Shown here: one piece after another, positions 51,543-64,000 of the stretch
Position numbering within the stretch: the stretch's first letter is position 1
Layout of the letters: each line of letters starts with the position of its first letter
From: Oopsacas minuta
Lineage: Eukaryota; Animalia; Porifera
Assembly: GCA_024704765.1 (NCBI GenBank)
Contig: JAKMXF010000337.1
Span: 124,001-188,000 of the forward strand
Direction: 5' to 3'
Length of the DNA stretch: 64,000 nt
The notes under the pieces: model-generated
Told to the model about the DNA's origin: nothing
What the model saw: the letters and a program-made list of their open reading frames with translations, nothing else
Database searches by the model: none
Made by a program: the position numbers and the translations under genes

Positions 51543-54500
51543 CACAGTACACACTTGTCATTTTTTTCGAATTGATATGTTTTTCGTTCATAAACTCTAC
51601 TAGATGCTGAAACTCATTTCCTCCCTTTGAAATCGGTGACTTAGAGGAGGGTCATTGAGCATGGTTACTGTATATGTTATGACATTCATTTCAATTTCGA
51701 AAACATTTATGACAAACTTAGCGATTCAAAATTATGTACAATCCACTCCGCTTAATGAAGTATCTTATACACTATTAATAACTTGGTTGACAGTTTCCTT
51801 TGTTGTTTTGAAACGATTTTCTACCAGTATTGGGTCACTATTACACAATATCCGGACTAATACAACACCTTAATTGTTATTAAAGGATGTCTTACGAGCT
51901 AAATTTTGACCAAAACGCCGTACATACTTGTTGCAGGCTTCTAGGCACTCGTTTGAAAGATTTTTCCGACCGTACCCTCCATTATGAAGATGGATAATTT
52001 GGAAAGAAATGGGAAAGTAATTTATGCAAGGAAGGTTTCTGGTTGCCCAAGGAAACTCTATTAGAATGAATTGATATGTTTCTTTGCATAGTTCCTCAAA
52101 CTTATACAGTTCATCTGTCCACCACTGTTGACCAGTCTCAACATTACTGATAGATAGGTTTGAATTACTTCAAGTCCTGGTTTGTGAATGGGATTAATTG
52201 AAGATGTAGCCCATTTCAGGAAATCTCTCTTATCCATAAAACAGTCAGGCGCCACATTTCCAGTTGTCGAAGTACCGTCATGGCTTGGAGGAATGTCCAC
52301 ACCAATACTACACTTGTCTTCAATGATGGATCTAATATGTTTCATCGACACTTACACCTTGGTGTTACCTTGCGACCATCCTTTGTAACTTAAAGCTAAA
52401 TGATAAATGAATTTCATGAACCACTTGAAGAGACAAACATATGCGTGTAGTGGAGAGGTGGCTATGATGTCAATATTGGAATTGGGTGGGTAAGTTATAC
52501 CAACACATTGTTGAGAAAGAAATTTCAAAAACTCTTCTTCATTAACTTCCCTGAAAATTGCATGTGCATCCTTGACAAATCTGTTAATAAGGAATCTAGA
52601 TTCAACTCATTTCAAGCTTTTAATTTGGGAGTCTGTTGCCGTACAAGGTAATATGAAGTACCTCCAGCGCCATGTAGGAGACAAACCATCCTTGTATTAC
52701 AAAGAGAAGGGAATATTTGACAATTCGCTTATCTGCAACCTAAAGTAATACCATTATTCTGATGTTCTCAGTTTCTGGGTTAATGAAAGTATTCATAATG
52801 AGTTTTACATTACTATAATCTTCTTTAAGAGCTACTAAAATTTCTGGCCTGAAAGAGAAAGGCGAATTTGGAAGCTTGTTGAAGAATACTTCACTTGATC
52901 AACATCAGTAATTCTAAGAACCTTAAATCCAACAGGATGAAGCTTTTAGTAGATAGATTCGGATTTAGATTAATTTGGTTGTAGATGCGATGAGTAACTG
53001 GCCCATCTGACCATTCTACATTGAGAGGATGTTGTGAATCGAAAATTGAATCTAAGCTATTCAGCATAAGTTGAATAGTGAGAGAAAGAATTGAATGATA
53101 AGATATTGATATTTCAACTGAGAAAATTCAAGATTATTTAATATTCCCATTTCGTTAGCTAATGATATTTCGTGCGAAATAGCGTATTAGTTTTGTAAGA
53201 TTGTAATTTCACCTCTTTTTTCACCCTTCAAGACTCTTTTGAGCTCAGAATATCTTGTTGCTCCAATTTCTAAGATGTCTAACAAATACGTTGATTTCTG
53301 AATAGATATTTTAGTGACAGCTTTAGTAAATGAACTCGTTTCAATTATTTCTTTACATACACTTGAAGTATTCATTTCATATATTTCATTGGAATCAATT
53401 CCAAAGCTAGAGCAATAATTCTTTTGGGTTTGACTTCCTCTCTCAAAGATTTCAAGTTAATATGTCCATGTAGTACCTTTTGTCTAGCTCTTGAAGTTTT
53501 TAAATTACAATTTAAATGTGTAACCTTAACTCCACAGTGGTATATTCGGAAAATACTTAACAAGAGAAATAGAAAATATAGAAAGGACCTCAGAACTAGA
53601 ATAATCTGAAATACTTTTTTCGAAGATGCTTCTCCTTGAATGGAATAGGATGAAATAGAATTTTCCTAGGTATCTAGAACATTCCTTTTTCGGGAGGATT
53701 CCCTAGATTTTCGGAGTACATTGAATTTGTGACGAAGTATTTGGCTGTCCTGCTCCAAAAGAAAGTGATTTTCGAAGAGAAGACGGATAGATTTAGTGAT
53801 ATTTCTTTCGTTGGCCAAAGTATCATAGGCTCCCTTGTTTGTTATATATTCAATTTCATTTGTGAAATTGTAGACTATATAATACAGATTCTAATCATTA
53901 TTATGTAAGCAATATCAATACTCATTATTATCAACCAATATTCTTTCTAAAATGAAGGCAATTTGGCACAATAGCTTTGTTGTACAAAAGGGGCCAAAAC
54001 ATCTTTGTCGGATATCTTTGACTCCAATTATCATTTGCCATGGAAATATATTTGGGCGCTTTGGAGGGTCTAGAAATCATTGAAAAAGAATCTTATATTC
54101 ATGAATGATACAAAGATCCAAAAAATCAAACTTGAAATTGTTTGCAATATAAGATCAGCGACTATAAACTTTGGTATTTTGGAGGAAATTATCTAAATGT
54201 AGGCCAACAAAGACATTCATAAAATAATATCTGGGTCGTGGTTAAAATTGTTCAAATCAATTAAGAATTGTATGTCAAATAGATAACAGATTATAAAGTT
54301 CACATTAAAGTGGCATGTGTTCACATATAGCAATAACTTTGAACAAAAGGATATTTACTGCTTCGAGGCATGGAAATTACTAAATAATGCATTTGTTTGA
54401 GGCTTTTCATGTCCTGTTATATTTCTATAAGGCGTCTAATAACATCATATTTCTTGGTTAGAAATAGTGTAGAATCGAATACAAGCATAAATTTGATAAA

Positions 54501-54544
54501 TATCAATGTCATATATTCCTATCACCGCATGATTCCACACTGTG
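51543..54544 (-). mobile_element. RAG1-like transposon #3, degenerate (transposase remnants ~51760-53700); left boundary tentative
   Basis: KSTYLLDILEIG..RYSELKR; IDIIATSPLHAYVCLFKW; GTSTTGNVA; PSLHKLLSH; NECLEACNKYVRRF. 5' end CACAGTG-N10-CGGTGATAG at 54544-54519; candidate 3' end CACAGTA-N20-AATTGATAT at 51543 has no TSD support. Confidence 0.75.
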
Positions 54545-55136
54545 GAACAATGTGCTTAAGATATGCTCTGTAGCAAATGTTTTAATACCCTTAAATTTGG
54601 TGATTAGTTATGGACGTAGTATAGTTTCAAGGGCGTGCTTGGGGCTAGGCGGATGTCCAGCACTATTAATAGGTTAAGGAGTGTCCTACACTTCATTTTT
54701 CGGACAATACTACTGAACGTGGATGAGGTTGATTATATTAGGATGCAAACAGTACACCAAAAGATTTTACTTCTGTAATACATAAAAAATCTTCTTAGAA
54801 ATGCTGGACATATGAGAGTAGTATGCATAAGCAAAGTAAATACAAACAACGTATATAGCCTATAATTTACCTTCATTCAGTTATTGCATTATATCCCCAT
54901 ACATTTTGGCTTATATAGTAGAGATTATGACTTTGTCAAACTTTGACTGATTTTAGTGTTCTAAAGTTCTCTTTTCAATATTACACGAGCTCTATGACTT
55001 CAAAATAACCCCTAGCATCGATTCAAAGGAAACACGTTCAGGTACAATACTTTAGTTGTACCCTTGTTTGTATTAGATATTATTGGTCAATAAACCTATA
55101 TAATATTTTGCACTACGAATCGATTTTAAGTTCGTG

Positions 55137-56800
55137 CACAGTGTGATAGAATGACAATTCAGCCGTAATAGGTTTATATTTTAACAATAGCTTCATTAAT
55201 CTAATATTCATACAGAGGAAATCTACTGTATAGATTCCAAATATCAGATCAGATTTAAGCCACAATTAAATACATATAACTATGGTGAAATACACCATCA
55301 AAAATGATATCCTGTACCTGTCGCTGGAAGTATGGATTAATTTTACCCTTCCTAAACCTATAGCTAGCCAGTATTGGGTCATTACAACTTAATAAGCATG
55401 TTTTCATATCGCGAAGATTATCCGTGAATGAAAATTTTGAGTTAGGTTTTCCCGAAAGAGTCTCACATATTTGTTGCATGATTCTGAAAATTGCACAATA
55501 AATAACCATTGTTCTATTTCTTAAGAATTTGGTAAGAATCAGAGAGAAATTTATGCAGGGAAGGATTTATGTTAGCCCATGGGATCTCTCGTAGAATATA
55601 TCCATATGTTTCCTTACATAATTCTTCTAACTTAAGCGTGTTGATAAACTCATTGGTATTGACTAGCTAGAATATTACAAAAAGATTGCTTTGTATTACA
55701 TCTCAACAAGCTCTATCATTTGGTCCTAATAATGAGGTTGTCTACTCGAGAAATTCTCTCTTAGTCCTTAGGAATCACAAGGCACATTTCCGGTTGAATA
55801 GGTACTGTCATGTGGAGAAGAATATCTACCCTGAAACCACACTGTTCATCAATTATTAATAGAACTTGTTTTCATTGACCTTTAAGCTTCAGGTTTGAGC
55901 GTGACCATGCCTTTGTCCAGCATCCAATTAGTATTATATCACCAGCTTAAACAACCTAAGGACACAGAGGTAGCATATAAAGGAGTAGGTTTCGAATGTA
56001 ACTAAATATGTTTACTGTATAGTAAACAAGTTTATTATTGGGAACACATTTCCCAAAAATGGTATCCCGAAGGATCTTTGACTATAATGATTTCTTGCGC
56101 AAAGCAAATTCTCTTCTAAATGGGGAAACTAATTAATAGAATGTAGTTTTATTCATTCACTCTTTAGTATTACTTAAGCTCCAAATATTTCGTTGCTCTA
56201 ATCTCATCGAGTAGATATGCAGATTTTACTATTGATAATTTGAGTAGTTCATATCTATATGAGCATCTCAATGGTCTGTATTGCAAATGTTAGAAGATTC
56301 TCAATTATGCTTTTATTAGAACCAAGTTGTAAATATAGTGCAACGAGTTGTTTGACTGTTATATTCTCCCTCTGCTAGGAAATAAATGTGTCTAAGAATG
56401 ACGCTAAGTCGGATCCATAAGTTTTAGATTAGTTACCAAAATATGTTCTTTAAATCTATGATAATATCTTCAGAGAAATTTCTTTTTGCTGTAATAGCTA
56501 GCAAAGAATGAATCTCTGTCTCCGAATCAACAGAAATTCAATCCCTACCAGAACAATTGTTTAGGGAAATTGAATAAAAGTAGGAATTTTCTCAAGTTTC
56601 TAGTTCATTCCGTTTCCTAAAACTTTCTCGTGCAGACATTAGAGATTTGTACCTATAATGGAGTCCTGCAGTGTCTTCCTCTGGAAAGAGATTCTGGCCA
56701 ATCAGCTTTTTTGAACAACATTACTAACCTTGCGGCTATATGACAGATATATTGAATTTAGTCAATTATGGAAGGAATAATTTTAGACAGAGATATGATG
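55137..56800 (-). mobile_element. RAG1-like transposon #4, degenerate and internally deleted; right boundary approximate
   Basis: RYKSLMSARESFRKRNELET (cf. #1 RYKF...REIFRKRNDLNTW); CKETYGYILREIPWANINPSLHKFLS; SCNKYVRLFRENL; CLLSCNDPILASYR. 3' end CACAGTG-N19-CCGTAATAG at 55137-55171. Confidence 0.75.
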
Positions 56801-57699
56801 TTTGTACATATATATTGGTTTGGTATGGTACTGGCAGGTCCAAGAAGTGGCATCTCAATTGAATCTTAAAAACACCATTTATTAAATGGCTGATTATAAA
56901 TTATATAAGTATGAGACCTGAAAATGCGCATAACTTCACAGATAATGATAAAATAATAAAGGTATTATGTGGTTTTTAGCAAATATATGTTTCTAATAAT
57001 AGCCCTATTTGAATGAAAAGGTAGTTTACCATTATATAATAATTATAAGTCAACGATTGCATCACATACACTATTTGTATTATATTGTAAAATATATAGA
57101 AGAATTGAGTATATATGCATATGAACAATCCCTATTATCCAAAATGTCGACACCTTTCAGTGCACTCCATAAATGTAAACTAATCGAGTAAGCTAGCGAG
57201 ATTAATGGCATAATCAACCATACAATTATTCAGAAATACCTTCATCCGAATCGACGTGATCCTTTGATAAAACCAAAAGAAAATATCTGTGAAACAATCC
57301 TCAAATTCATGTTTAGAACGGTGTGCGGGAGATGGCTGCCCAGACAACATATATTGGTTTATGAGGTCATTTATTTAAGAAATAGATAAACGCTGCTTAA
57401 TAGCAATAAATAAAATTAATAATGTAAATTTTCGAGTCAAATGAGAACTCCACTCAGTCTGGACAAATGCCAGGAAGAGATGTGTCCTGAGTAAGCAAAA
57501 TTAACTGTAATACACTAATCTGAGCAGCATACCTGAGTTTAATCCGAGTACGCAAAGTTGATTGCACGCAATTAAAAATGATAAAATTGTTTGAAATCAA
57601 ATCTGTTGTACTTGTACTTCTGAATATGATATGATGACATGAAACTGTAACAAAATTCACATCACTAATGAAGTCATTGCGGAATAATTGCACTCTAAT

Positions 57700-58704
57700 C
57701 AGAGCCGCATTAAGGGTCGTCTGGGCGCTGGAGCAGTCTAAAATTTTATGGCCCCATAGATCTTACAACGAAAAGACGCCAAAGTTTTCAGAATCAAATT
57801 TGCCAACAATATAGAAATCTTATATAAAACATACACAACAGAAACAACTCTTTACATAGGCTTTTTCCAGCTCATATTCTTTGCAAATTTTCTATCACAT
57901 TGCTGAAATCAAGCTTGCGAACATCTTGTGCTGAATGTACACATGTGTAGCATGACCAGACGTTGTTGACCCATGTTCGATCACAATTGGTTCTTCATGC
58001 CCAACTCGCTCTACACAACAAGTATCCAAACGGTCGAACTAGCTAAGAATCTACTGCATGAAGTCGATCAACCACTTCAATAAACCTGCAGCAGTGTTCA
58101 ATGCTCTTCTAGCCGTCTGCAGTTGAGATTCACTTCAAGCGCTAGATTGAGAAGGTGCGAATATCTTGTGCAACAAAGGCATATTGGGAAGCATCGCAGC
58201 ATCCGATGTTTTTTTTTGGCTACAGCCACTTTGCGAATCACAGGACCAGATGTGCTACGAGTTGTATTGCAGATTAGTTGTATAGTATGTTTCAATATCA
58301 ATCATATCTATTTTAATTCACCAAACATTGTAGTTTGAACAACACTTCAGGATAATATAGAATTTAACATCACATTTACAACAAGATACTTTCAAACTCT
58401 AGATACAATAGTAGTATATAATTCACAGTCTGAATCAATTAGAAACCAATTAGATACCATTAAAAGCAAATAACAACTATTCAATATTATTATAGAACTA
58501 TTGGTAACAAATTTTGATCTAATGAAGTAGCCATCACCTCTGAAAATCCTCATATTACTCCATTTGAGGTAATCACCCCTGTTGGGACCCCTTGCCGGTA
58601 TAGTATAATCAACTATGTGTAACAACTCATCTTACTGTAGCGGGCACCTCCTGTTTGCCTTTTATGGCTGCTGCAGCACCCATAGTCCACTTAATACTCC
58701 TCTG
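57700..58704 (-). mobile_element. Non-autonomous hAT derivative, copy B (both ends present, ~1 kb)
   Basis: CAGAGCCGCATTAAG ... CTTAATACTCCTCTG (11/15; no TSD seen); near-identical to 24795-25770. Confidence 0.8.
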
Positions 58705-59890
58705 ATTGTCATTGGAGACTGTCGGTTGGTCAGGTTTTAGTCTGACTAACTATGGTGGCCCGATGTTTTGCATGGGTAAACCACGTCTTCCTTCTCAGTC
58801 CCTGAATTATTGCCACAAAATATCCTAAACGGCCCAAAGCAGTTGAAGAAAACTAATTATGCTATCGTAAATGCTGGAAACACTGCGGATATTTGAATAT
58901 GCAAATGATAATATTCCTAAAAGAACTATATATCTATGTTACTCAACACTAGCATGACTAAATCGAAGAAAAATTTTATAATTAGATATTCTCTAGTCAC
59001 ACTTTGCTCAATTAATAGATAATGAGCTAATTGAGCTTTCATTTCTCAATTATGTGTGCGTCACTTCGTAACTGAATAAACAATTTGCCAAATAAATTTA
59101 ACTCCAATTATATAAATATTTGCAAGTCAGTTTCGAGAAACTCAAAGATTCTCAAGCTGTAGTCCATTCTGGTGCCATTATTCTAGTGATGGGCCACTTC
59201 TATCGAACATACGAAAATATAAATATTTTAACAAGATTTGCTCAAATCAATTCGTAATATTCCTACTAGAGTAATACAGAGCCGTAAAATTCAAATTTAC
59301 TTTCAGAATTCTTCCATCTCAATTCAATTCTATGCAATCTGCAATTAAATATTTAATTACCTCATAATCTATTTAATGACACAAGTGTGGCTAGAAAATT
59401 TCTAAATGTAAAATTCCATAGAGTATTACAAAAGATTACGTAATTCCAAGTTGGGTTCTTTTAACCGGCATGCTCTTATAACCTGTGTTCTTATATCCGG
59501 TATCTACGATAAATACCCGACATCCCACGCCCTGATATTACATTTATGATAACACAGAATATTATCATGCAATCTTGAATAAGATATTATATGGGCATAT
59601 TCAGGATTACGTCACAATCTTACAGGATATTAAATCAATCTATATTACCAGGACCTTAGGAGTCGAGTATGTACTATAAATGGACTCTCTTGATTTGAAC
59701 ATAATTGTAAAGGAGGTGTCTGAATTAGTTCGAATTTTGAAGTTGTCACAAGTTAGAATTCTATCAACTGTCACAAGTTATATTCCCTTTTTGATACTAC
59801 TGTCACAAGTTAGAATTAATAAGGAATCTCATATGCGACTTATCCAAACATTCTATTTTGAAACGAAGCAGTCCGTGTTATATTATAGTT

Positions 59891-62800
59891 GAGCGTTTCC
59901 ATATGTAACTAACGGGACATAGACAAATATTTATCGGATTTTTGACATTCATGAGATATATGGTGTAAATTCGTTCTGAATTGCGAGATATTTGTTCGGA
60001 TCGTGTTAATAGTATTGCGTTAATTTTTATATACAAATTTTCAAACTTCAGATTTTTGAGCCTGACTGTTGACTAATGGGACATTTTTCACCTTAAAGCT
60101 TATCTATATCAAGCGAGTCAACATAGTTTCTGCTCATCTATTTACCTAAACATATTTTGTTGACTTTCGATAATAACATTGATAATGCTAGTAATTATAT
60201 CTAAATTGAATTATGAGAGAACTCCTATTCCTTTAACAATTGATCATCCAATGACTTTGACTAACGGGATAAAAGAGGATGTGACTAACGGGACATGCCC
60301 CCAAAACGAGTATAATTTACCTCGATTCAGACTTGCAGTTGCCAGTTCATATGATATTAGAAATAGAATTATCCTACTTGTGCAACCAGCAGATTGTATG
60401 TACAAACATATGAGGTACTATTAATTATCACGCAAATGTTCGCAGAAAAATTGTAAATCAAGCAGAATGTAGATTGGTAGTAAACAGAATTACTGAAGTT
60501 CCTTCAGTTAGTGCTGGTGCTCAGGGGTATGCCAGCCCTGGTTGACAACATCATAAACTACTTTAGCTGTAGTACTAGTACTACTCACAGTTGGTATTTA
60601 TATACTGTACTGCAATACACAAATACTACCTAACAAGCTATTGTTAGTAGTGCTAAATATCGATATCCAAATCCTCAGGAAATTCATAAACACCACGCCG
60701 CAAAAGAGGACAAGGTAGTACTTGAATAACCTCGCTTTGTTGAGCTACCACCTCGTCACTTTCATTTAGCAATATTCTCCTCTTTGTCAGTGGTTTGCCA
60801 AAGCAAAGATTCAGTTTGTCTTCTGAAGAGTTGATACTAATTACAACTGCTACGAAATGTTTGGTTGTTTTAACAGCGTTTCCAGAATAAGCATGAGTTA
60901 CGATTACAAAAGATTCAGTTTGTAGTGATAATGTTCTATCAGCTACCGATCTCACAATGGTTGGCTCTTTTGACTTGGTGGTATAAAAGGGTGTAAAGCA
61001 GTAGAATAACTTTTCATTTCTATTTCGTCCTCTATAATTTGAAACTGATGAGCGTTTGATATTCCTGGTAAATTTACACTGCCATTTTCAAATAAGCTAA
61101 CAAATCCATATTTTTCATTATCCTCCTTAACTTGCTGAGAAGATATGTGATAAATATTGATCTTTGGACAAACTTCTAAGACACACTCGTAAAATGTAAT
61201 TGAATCCTTAACAATTGCTCGTCGTTGGAATACTCTGGTTACCACCTGCCTTTTATAGTGCCACCTATAGCATCTACAGGTCCTTTGCCATGTGATGTGG
61301 CAAAAAAGTTCCATATAACTCTAATGTTATTGGTTTGTTCTAAGCGCTTGAGCGATGCAGCAATAAAACGATTTTTGAATTCACTCCACGAACCATCCGA
61401 CCAAATATTAAGAATAGAAACTTCAGAATCAATTAATGACTTTATTAAGTGGTTAAGAAAGACAACGACGAGTCTTTAGTATACGCAATGTCATCTGATA
61501 CTATAATAGCAGATCTAGATGTGTCGTCGTGCCAATATACTGCTGTTAAGATAGTGACCTGCGTTTTACTCCAATGAGCAGACTGGATTTCGTCTTGCCA
61601 TGTTGTGTTAAAATTTCCAGAAAAGACGATCTGCATCATAGCAATATTCAATTTATCACTTAGGTGCACTTTCATGTAGTTGTAATGAGCGGCCTGTTTT
61701 CCTTTTATAAAATGGTGCCAGTTGAAAGTAGGAAGCATTTCAAATAAAGAATTATAAAGCTCACTTGGTAATCCAGTTTTATGAATCTTCTCCATTCCCC
61801 CTTTACCATTTAAGCCCACAATTTTTTCCCATTGAAACCATCGGATGAAGTTCTCTTCTCTAAGTTCACCATCTAGATATGTCTTTTGATCTGAATCTAA
61901 ATCAAGTGTTAGTGGATACTTCTCTTTAAAAAGTACTCCATCTTTGCAAATTTCACATTTATTGCACCAACAGTTATCACTACATTTAGCACAAATTAAT
62001 GAAGATGCTAATTCATGATGATATAATGGGAACCTGACATTAAATCTATGTAAAGCACCCAAAGGAGGATGAAGTTTTCATGGTATCGACAAACACACAC
62101 GTTTCTAGGAAGTTCACTTGTAAGTAGCACATGGGGAGGACGCAATGCTGCAAATTTAGACTTTCCTATCTTGATATCAGGATATTCTTTTTGCCAAAGA
62201 GAGTATGCTTCCATGATAACCATTATCATGTGACGTTTTTGTATGTGTGTTTTAGCTCTATTTTCTCTGACAGTAATTGTATCCCTTTTTCCTGGGGCTT
62301 GTCGCGATATTTCATCTCGCTGATACTGTATCACTGCGGTTTTTATCGAATCAGGTAAAGCTGTTCGTCCAGGTGTACTACTTTTCCTCCTCAAATGCCA
62401 GGTGTTTTATTACTGCATTCTTTTTCCTGGGGTTACCAGGCAGATTACGTTTGACTCGAGCAATAGCCTTTCCAAAACTAGCCTTGCTAGAGTAAGCATT
62501 CAGAGATGGAGATTGTTGCGTGTCCGACGTAGTTTCCAGAGTCTTGAGCGATTTCCTGTACCTGGCTTTTCGTTCACGCTCTTTCACTCTCCTTTCTTCA
62601 ATAACTTTGTCCTTTTGCTCTAAGGGAGTGAATCCAATTTTATTTTTTTCATTTGTCTATTTTGAGCCATGTAAAGCTTCTGTTTCTCTAAGAAATCTTT
62701 GTATGAGGTGCCTGATTTGATTTTTCCATTTGCTGGCGTTTCCTCTTTGCAGCATAACTAGTAGACGTTCTAAGCTCCAAGGGTTAATATTTACTAATTA

Positions 62801-63233
62801 GGAAGATTAAAATGCAGGTATTATTACTTGTATCACGTAATATAATTGTGGAATAAACACAATTCCACGTAATCTTATGAACCTCCAATTCCAATATGTA
62901 TATATATTCAATATGCAATGCCTATACTACTCAGTTCTGAGAAACGGAATTTTGTTTACGTCAATAGATAGAATTTCAAAAATGATACTTCAAGCTTCGC
63001 AGACTATTAAATTACATTCTTTGAAATGGAATAATACAGATTGGTTCAGATTGCGAATAACTAACGAGACAAATAACTAACAGGGCATGTGACTAACAGG
63101 ACATGCATCTAACGGGACACGTGACTAACAGGACATGCGACTAACAGGACATGCATCTAACGGGACATGTGACTAACAGGGCATGTATCTAACGAGACAC
63201 GTGACTAACAGGACATGCAACTAACAAGACACA
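59891..63233 (-). mobile_element. DDD-type DNA transposon, probably Sola (Sola2-like); transposase pseudogene at 60653-62587
   Basis: KIGKSKFAALRP..V, NVCVCRYHEN, Q(D)FS(E)NF...QDEIQSAHW, SDGS.SEFKNRF, WNFFATSHGKGPVDAIGGTIK; left end begins GAGCGTTTCC. Superfamily is from recall; right terminus not found. Confidence 0.65.
63058..63233 (+). repeat. Tandem array of 11 x 16-bp units, consensus TGACTAACAGGACATG
   Basis: Units counted directly; the CTAAC(A/G)GGAC core is also at ~59910, ~60075, ~60260, ~60285 and ~63390. Confidence 0.92.
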
Positions 63234-64000
63234 TTTATTTTTTACCTGGCGAAAGACATAAAGTGGAAACAGAAAAAATGAAATAATGTAAGTCCTCCTG
63301 TCTAAGTCCTTTAAGAAAATATAACTTTTCAGATAGATTCAAGTCAATTCTCACTTCAAATCAAACTTCTGAGTGGTCTATCTGTAACTAACGGGACTTC
63401 ATATATATAAAATTTAAATCACAAACTAAAATTGTAAAATGAAAAGATACAGTCAACTTTATATAAGAATATAGTTCAGACTCGTTACCATTATATATAA
63501 TTAAAATTTAACTAAGGTTATTGAATATTTACCTTTAGGATATTACATGTCGCCCAACGTCTAAATGAAATTTCGAATCTTAAAGAATTCGCGTGTGGCA
63601 GAATACTTCCGGCGCAGCATCTTTTTGCAAGGATGGTTCACTATTCTGACCACCATTTTGACACTTTAAGGTATTTAAATACCGAAATATAATAAGAATT
63701 TAGCTCTAGATATGATTGGAAAATTTGCGTTATGTTGCGTTTAGGGTGGAATTGTTGTGTTGTGATTCGTGTTAAGCCTAAATCGAGGAACTTACGAATA
63801 TTCTTATATACTTAAGTAGAATACGGAATTTTGTATAAATTGATGATCTCTAAGTCTTCTGAAATTTCGATAAATGGAATACACTTTGCAGAAATATAAA
63901 CGCAGCAGGAGGAACGTTTACACAACTACAGATAGTCACAAAAACATCAAATCGACAATAATCGGTAGCCAGATCTATCGCAGGTGCGTTATCTTTCAAT

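Noticed and set aside
53533-53539. Additional CACAGTG inside RAG1-like #3
   Set aside because: Lies within decayed coding sequence, with no ATAG 9-mer at the expected spacing and no TSD
63058-63233. CRISPR-like array
   Set aside because: Contiguous 16-bp tandem units without unique spacers, in a eukaryotic context with no cas genes

Overview
AT-rich animal genomic DNA, mostly decayed and nested cut-and-paste DNA transposons (hAT, Chapaev3-like, RAG1-like/Transib, MULE, mariner, Sola-like, MITEs, one foldback). A non-bilaterian host such as a glass sponge is my unverified guess. Two host genes lie on the minus strand: an intronless SIN1/MAPKAP1 (36793-38232) and the first two coding exons of RMND5/GID2 (34308-34496, 31905-32156); I could not find the remaining RMND5 exons. 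The main signal is four single-gene RAG1-like transposons. The two complete ones (4746-7715, 40510-43686) have exact 5-bp TSDs and bipartite, asymmetric RSS-like ends: a perfect CACAGTG heptamer, then 10 bp (5' end) or 19-20 bp (3' end), then an element-specific 9-mer ending ATAG. This is a one-helical-turn asymmetry analogous to the 12/23 rule. Their transposases carry an NBD-like domain, and one has a CTT*-like Cys/His tail, with no RAG2-like partner. The copy at 40.5-43.7 kb is one base from an intact 731-aa ORF. Positions 1-8894 form a nest of five elements whose junctions I could largely reconstruct. All alignments were done by eye; no searches were run.
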